Below, one piece after another: positions 61,795 to 64,000 of a stretch of 64,000 nucleotides of DNA; position 1 is the stretch's first letter, and each line of letters opens with the position of its first letter. The DNA is from an uncultured Planctomycetales bacterium (GTDB lineage: Bacteria > Planctomycetota > Phycisphaerae > UBA1845 > G020352895). Under the pieces are notes generated by a model that saw nothing but the letters and a program-made list of their open reading frames with translations, searched no databases and was not told the origin of the DNA. The position numbers and the translations under genes were made by a program. Location: assembly GCA_964571825.1 (NCBI GenBank), contig CAZNDQ010000001.1:5540-69539 (forward strand), in the 5' to 3' direction.

Positions 61795-61811
61795 TCCTCA
61801 TAGCACGACAC
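61795..61811 (-). promoter_or_regulatory. class II variant GTGTCGTGCTATGAGGA (13/17)
   Basis: First 13 nt identical. The 3' end reads GAGGA (SD-like). ATG at 61787. Confidence 0.55.
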
Positions 61812-61812
61812 A

Positions 61813-62115
61813 TCACGGATACTCGCTGGCCAACTCGGACGCGCACTGGCGACAGACCACGCGCTGCGGTGGAGTTGGCTGCGGCAGGATGGCCCGCAGC
61901 GCAGCGGCGACGCCGGCTGCAAATGCTTCGCACTCCTCGTTGGTCGGACGAGCACTGAGTGCCTCGCTCGCGATGCGTCGCTTGACGATGTCGACCACCA
62001 CACACCACTCGCTTTCATCTGTGAAGTCCAGGCGGGATCGCTTTCCTTCAAGTCGTTTCCACCAGCCGCGAAGCAGATCGTGATCGCCAATCGGTTGCCA
62101 GTTAACCTTGCTCAT
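61813..62115 (-). CDS. hypothetical protein
   Basis: ATG at 62115 (MSKVNWQPIG), overlapping the upstream stop by 14 nt. Confidence 0.4.
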   Translation of the reverse strand: MSKVNWQPIGDHDLLRGWWKRLEGKRSRLDFTDESEWCVVVDIVKRRIASEALSARPTNEECEAFAAGVAAALRAILPQPTPPQRVVCRQCASELASEYP

Positions 62116-62701
62116 TGCTCGCAGCCTCCAGTTGTTCCAACCAATCCTTGCCGAGGTGCCGCCGCGCAGCCTTGGCAAACCCATCCGCAGTCGCGCGCAC
62201 CGTCACCGTCTTCGGTCGAAAGCCAGCCTCTACCATCGCAGCATGCGGCGACATCTCCCCCGCTACGACACGCTCGTGCAGCGTCGGCGCGTCCTTGCGC
62301 AGGCGGCGGAGGGCCTTCGCCGCAGTATTGCCCTCTGGTCTTCCAACTGAATCGGTAACATTGTTACCAGTTTCACGCCCACCATCAGCGGGCCTTCCCG
62401 GCTCACGCCTCACCGCCTCATCGAACAACGACAGCGCTTCGGGGTCGCCGCGGAGCATGTTGCGGACGATGTCGATCGTTGCGCCCAGCCCCTCCAGCGG
62501 CTTGGTCGCTACGAACTCCTCAAACCGGTCGAAGCGCACGGTCTCGCCAGTCTGGATGACGCGCTCGCGCCACAATTCGCGACGAAGAATCTTCTTCAGA
62601 AGCCCCGGCACAAGTGCAAGCGTCGACGAGACCGACATCGCCTGTCGCAGCGACACGACCAGCTCGTCACCAAGACGCTTCTCGTCAAATGGCGACGGCA
62701 T
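62102..62701 (-). CDS. hypothetical DNA-binding-like protein
   Basis: 199 aa. The C-terminal AAKALRRLRKDAPTLHERVVAGEMSPHAAMVEAGFR segment is common in phage replication-module proteins. Confidence 0.45.
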   Translation of the reverse strand: MPSPFDEKRLGDELVVSLRQAMSVSSTLALVPGLLKKILRRELWRERVIQTGETVRFDRFEEFVATKPLEGLGATIDIVRNMLRGDPEALSLFDEAVRREPGRPADGGRETGNNVTDSVGRPEGNTAAKALRRLRKDAPTLHERVVAGEMSPHAAMVEAGFRPKTVTVRATADGFAKAARRHLGKDWLEQLEAASNEQG

Positions 62702-64000
62702 CGCCTCTCAGCCATGAACTCACGACGCGCATCCTGTTCTCCAGTTCATCGATCGATGGGTTGTTGTTGTACTCACCGCCGATCTTGTTCACGCGCGCCC
62801 ACGCTGCGCGGTAGTCCACGACCCCACCGCTCTTGTGGAACCGGACAGCGTAGCGCTTTACTAGCTTGTTCAAAGCCCGATTGCTGGCGTCGCGACGCTC
62901 TGCCATGGTCGGCGTACGCTCAGGCTGAGCGTCGGTGCGATCCACGAAGGCTCCGTGTAGACGAATCGCAAGAGCCATGTCCACGGGAGATCGGATCTCC
63001 CCTACGCGCGCCATGAGCGCCTCGGCAGCTGCGATCTCGTCCGACGTGAATCGCTGCCCGTCAAAGATCGTTCCAGCGTGTTCCGCCTCGGTGGCGCCAA
63101 CTGGAACGAAGTCCCCGCCAGTGGCCGCCCGCGGCGTCTCTCCGCGGAGCGCGCGCCTCGCAACTTCGTCGGCGCCGATGGCGCGCGCCACCTCGTCTTT
63201 GACGCGGTCAGCAAATCGAACCAGTGTGCTGTCCGATGGCATGTAGAAGTGGGCCACGCCGTCTCCGCCGCGCACGGCGCGTCCCATGAACTGGCGAAAG
63301 AACATCTCCGTGAGGATGTTCGTCGCGTACACAAGGACGCGCGTCCGCTTGATGTCGGTCCCCTCGCTCACCATGCGCACTGACACGCACCACGGTTCGT
63401 TCCCCCGGCGCAGTCGATCGATCTTGGCGCCGGCCTCCGCATCGTCCGACACAACAACAACCGGCGTCACACCCAGGTGGCGCCTCATGGCCCCGGCAAT
63501 CGCGCGCGCATGCTGCTGATCGACCGCGGTCACCAGCCCCATGGCATCCGGTGTGTCGCCGGCCCGAATCTTCATCAGCTGCTCGTGCGCCTCGCGAAGA
63601 AGGTTAGGCAGGAACGCAAACTCCACATCAACTTGCAACGCGGTCAGCAGCGTCTTGCGAGACAGGTCTGCATCACCATCGGCGAGTCGGCTGGTATGGC
63701 TCTCGCCGTGCTGTCGCCACGTCATCTCGCCGTCGAAGTGGTGAAACAACACCGGGCGACATGTTCCAGCAGACAACGCTTCATCGTAGCCGAACGCGTA
63801 GTCGGCCTTACACTTGCGCCCAGCCCCGCCGTCATCGGTGACCGCGTCCTCGTACTCAACGAATGGGATGTCCCCGGCGTCCTCGCGCCAGGGTGTGCCC
63901 GAGAGACACAGTCGCATTGTGGCGGAGTTGAACGCCGTGACCAGGCTGCGCCCCCAATCACGCCCCTCGGCGGCGTGATGGATCTCGTCGGCGATGAACA
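62685..64000 (-). CDS. DEAH-box superfamily-2 helicase (5' end outside the window)
   Basis: The frame is open to the window edge and reads FIADEIHHAA (motif II) and LSGTPWR (motif III). A helicase C-terminal domain follows. Confidence 0.75.
   Translation of the reverse strand, partial: FIADEIHHAAEGRDWGRSLVTAFNSATMRLCLSGTPWREDAGDIPFVEYEDAVTDDGGAGRKCKADYAFGYDEALSAGTCRPVLFHHFDGEMTWRQHGESHTSRLADGDADLSRKTLLTALQVDVEFAFLPNLLREAHEQLMKIRAGDTPDAMGLVTAVDQQHARAIAGAMRRHLGVTPVVVVSDDAEAGAKIDRLRRGNEPWCVSVRMVSEGTDIKRTRVLVYATNILTEMFFRQFMGRAVRGGDGVAHFYMPSDSTLVRFADRVKDEVARAIGADEVARRALRGETPRAATGGDFVPVGATEAEHAGTIFDGQRFTSDEIAAAEALMARVGEIRSPVDMALAIRLHGAFVDRTDAQPERTPTMAERRDASNRALNKLVKRYAVRFHKSGGVVDYRAAWARVNKIGGEYNNNPSIDELENRMRVVSSWLRGDAVAI

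Noticed and set aside
13721-61811. A recurring peptide, (V)SCYAAR(M), at the N-termini of many minus-strand ORFs in the track. It looked like a conserved signal or leader peptide.
   Set aside because: It is only the translation of the non-coding 17-mer GTGTCGTGCTATGCGGC. The real starts are the ATGs 6-9 nt downstream, and the track ORFs are extended upstream because stops are rare at this GC content.
60036-62090. The full 684-aa ORF as the Rsr protein.
   Set aside because: The first 101 codons run through the upstream gene and the class II motif. The TROVE homology begins right after the ATG at 61787.
1-64000. Prophage boundaries or flanking host genes.
   Set aside because: No recognisable housekeeping gene appears anywhere. 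The att fragment is flanked by phage-like genes on both sides, so no boundary can be placed within this window.

Overview
The window is 64 kb of high-GC DNA that looks entirely phage-derived. I saw no rRNA, CRISPR array or host housekeeping genes. All functional calls rest on motif recognition by eye, not on database searches.

Layout:
- 1..10929, + strand: small early or accessory genes, including a tyrosine integrase next to an attP-like 3' fragment of tRNA-Phe, an HNH endonuclease and XRE-type HTH proteins.
- 10926..64000, - strand, in transcription order: partial DEAH helicase, Ro60/Rsr orthologue with a Y-RNA-like cluster, terminase, portal, head module flanked by two paralogous GT2-TPR glycosyltransferases, a glycan/membrane gene cluster, sheath and tube, tRNA-Pro, tape measure, Mu-like baseplate, fibres, lysis and secreted-protein genes, two DNA methyltransferases, a GH25 endolysin and an HslV-like Ntn hydrolase.

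Most notable observations:
1. An Rsr gene is followed by three Y-RNA-like modules. One of them sits inside a tRNA-shaped RNA whose anticodon arm is replaced by a Ro-helix-like hairpin.
2. The 17-mer GTGTCGTGCTATGCGGC recurs about 10 times, always co-oriented with an accessory gene or the Y RNA. Its spacing implies leaderless starts.
3. A second promoter family drives the early genes, also with leaderless starts.
4. Structured intergenic repeats show compensatory base changes.
5. A lipoprotein gene lies antisense inside the baseplate operon.
6. Both methyltransferases and a proline-rich baseplate ORF contain in-frame tandem repeats.
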